IMG/VR virus record: IMGVR_UViG_3300003375_000071
Location: 1-36,573 of that record
Source of the DNA: a virus
Lineage: Duplodnaviria; Caudoviricetes
DNA: 36,573 bases
Direction: 5' to 3' (one strand)
This document shows positions 36,202 to 36,573 of the stretch, one piece after another. Both the position numbers and the translations under genes were made by a program. The stretch's first letter is position 1, and each line of letters starts with the position of its first letter. The notes under the pieces are model-generated. The model was not told where the DNA came from. It saw nothing but the letters and a program-made list of their open reading frames with translations, and made no database searches.

Positions 36202-36244
36202 TGTAACATTTTATGTTACACTTGTAACTCCTTTTGTAACTTTG
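36202..36244 (+). promoter_or_regulatory. Late-promoter motif copy 5 (terS)
   Basis: TGTAACATTTTATGTTACA-CTTGTAAC, then TGTAACTTTG (TAnnTTTG at 36237-36244), 4 nt before the terS ATG. Confidence 0.75.
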
Positions 36245-36248
36245 GGTC

Positions 36249-36573
36249 ATGGCACCCAAGAAAGCAGCACCCAAAAAAACCAAGGCTAAAAGACCTCCGC
36301 TAAAGGACATTATTGACATTGAAATCCTTATAGCTGAGATACTTGAATGCAACTCTTATCGTAAGATTGCCAAGAAGTTTAGAGTGCCTCTGAGTAGCCT
36401 TGTTGACTACATTTCTAAGTCTGAACATTCCGCGCGCGTGCGTGAAGCCAAGCAAGCCAGTGCCGACATTTGCGCTGAAATGGCTCGCGATGTTTTGGAA
36501 CAAGCCGAGGGGACAAAGGAGGAGATCATGCGCGCTCGTGAATTGTCACAATATTATAAGTGGAAGGCTGCCA
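36249..36573 (+). CDS. terS: Terminase small subunit, 5' part (continues at the window start)
   Basis: MAPKKAAPKK...IL...SYRKIAKKFRVPLSSL..YI HTH; open to the window end and joins 1-278 through the terminal repeat; missed by the ORF track. Confidence 0.85.
   Translation, partial: MAPKKAAPKKTKAKRPPLKDIIDIEILIAEILECNSYRKIAKKFRVPLSSLVDYISKSEHSARVREAKQASADICAEMARDVLEQAEGTKEEIMRARELSQYYKWKAA
36454..36573. repeat. Terminal direct repeat, copy 2
   Basis: 119/120 identical to 1-120. Confidence 0.97.

Noticed and set aside
36155-36503. Minus-strand ORFs 36155-36352 and 36300-36503
   Set aside because: Antisense to terS and its promoter; the plus-strand terS frame explains the region.
1-36573. Stop-codon reassignment as in some Bacteroidota phages
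   Set aside because: Genes are full length and densely packed under the standard code, and TAG and TGA both serve as real stops (e.g. 15642, 9608).

Overview
This window is an apparently complete ~36.45-kb temperate siphovirus-type phage genome. Bases 1-120 repeat at 36454-36573 with one mismatch, so it is circular or circularly permuted, and attP is intact. The host is very probably a Bacteroidota bacterium, judged from TAnnTTTG -7 promoters, A/C-rich leaders lacking Shine-Dalgarno sites, a Bacteroidota-type tyrosine integrase and signal peptides followed by Gln. Modules in order: packaging (terS across the origin, terL, portal), HK97-type head, neck and tail, collagen-like fibre, multi-gene lysis region, integrase with a tRNA-Asp-like attP, a Panacea antitoxin with a probably truncated toxin, a leftward early operon (replication initiator with iterons, exonuclease, RecT), a cro/cI switch and a lysogeny operon. 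Most notable: (1) three structural-module proteins carry Sec signal peptides, +1 Gln and Bacteroidota O-glycosylation sequons; (2) a five-copy TGTAA-N9-TTACA palindrome is fused to late promoters; (3) portal and terL are flipped in strand yet keep canonical position; (4) a tRNA-like structured RNA candidate lies in the head operon; (5) an iteron block is duplicated in two adjacent genes. Product calls come from motif recognition and gene context only; no searches were run.
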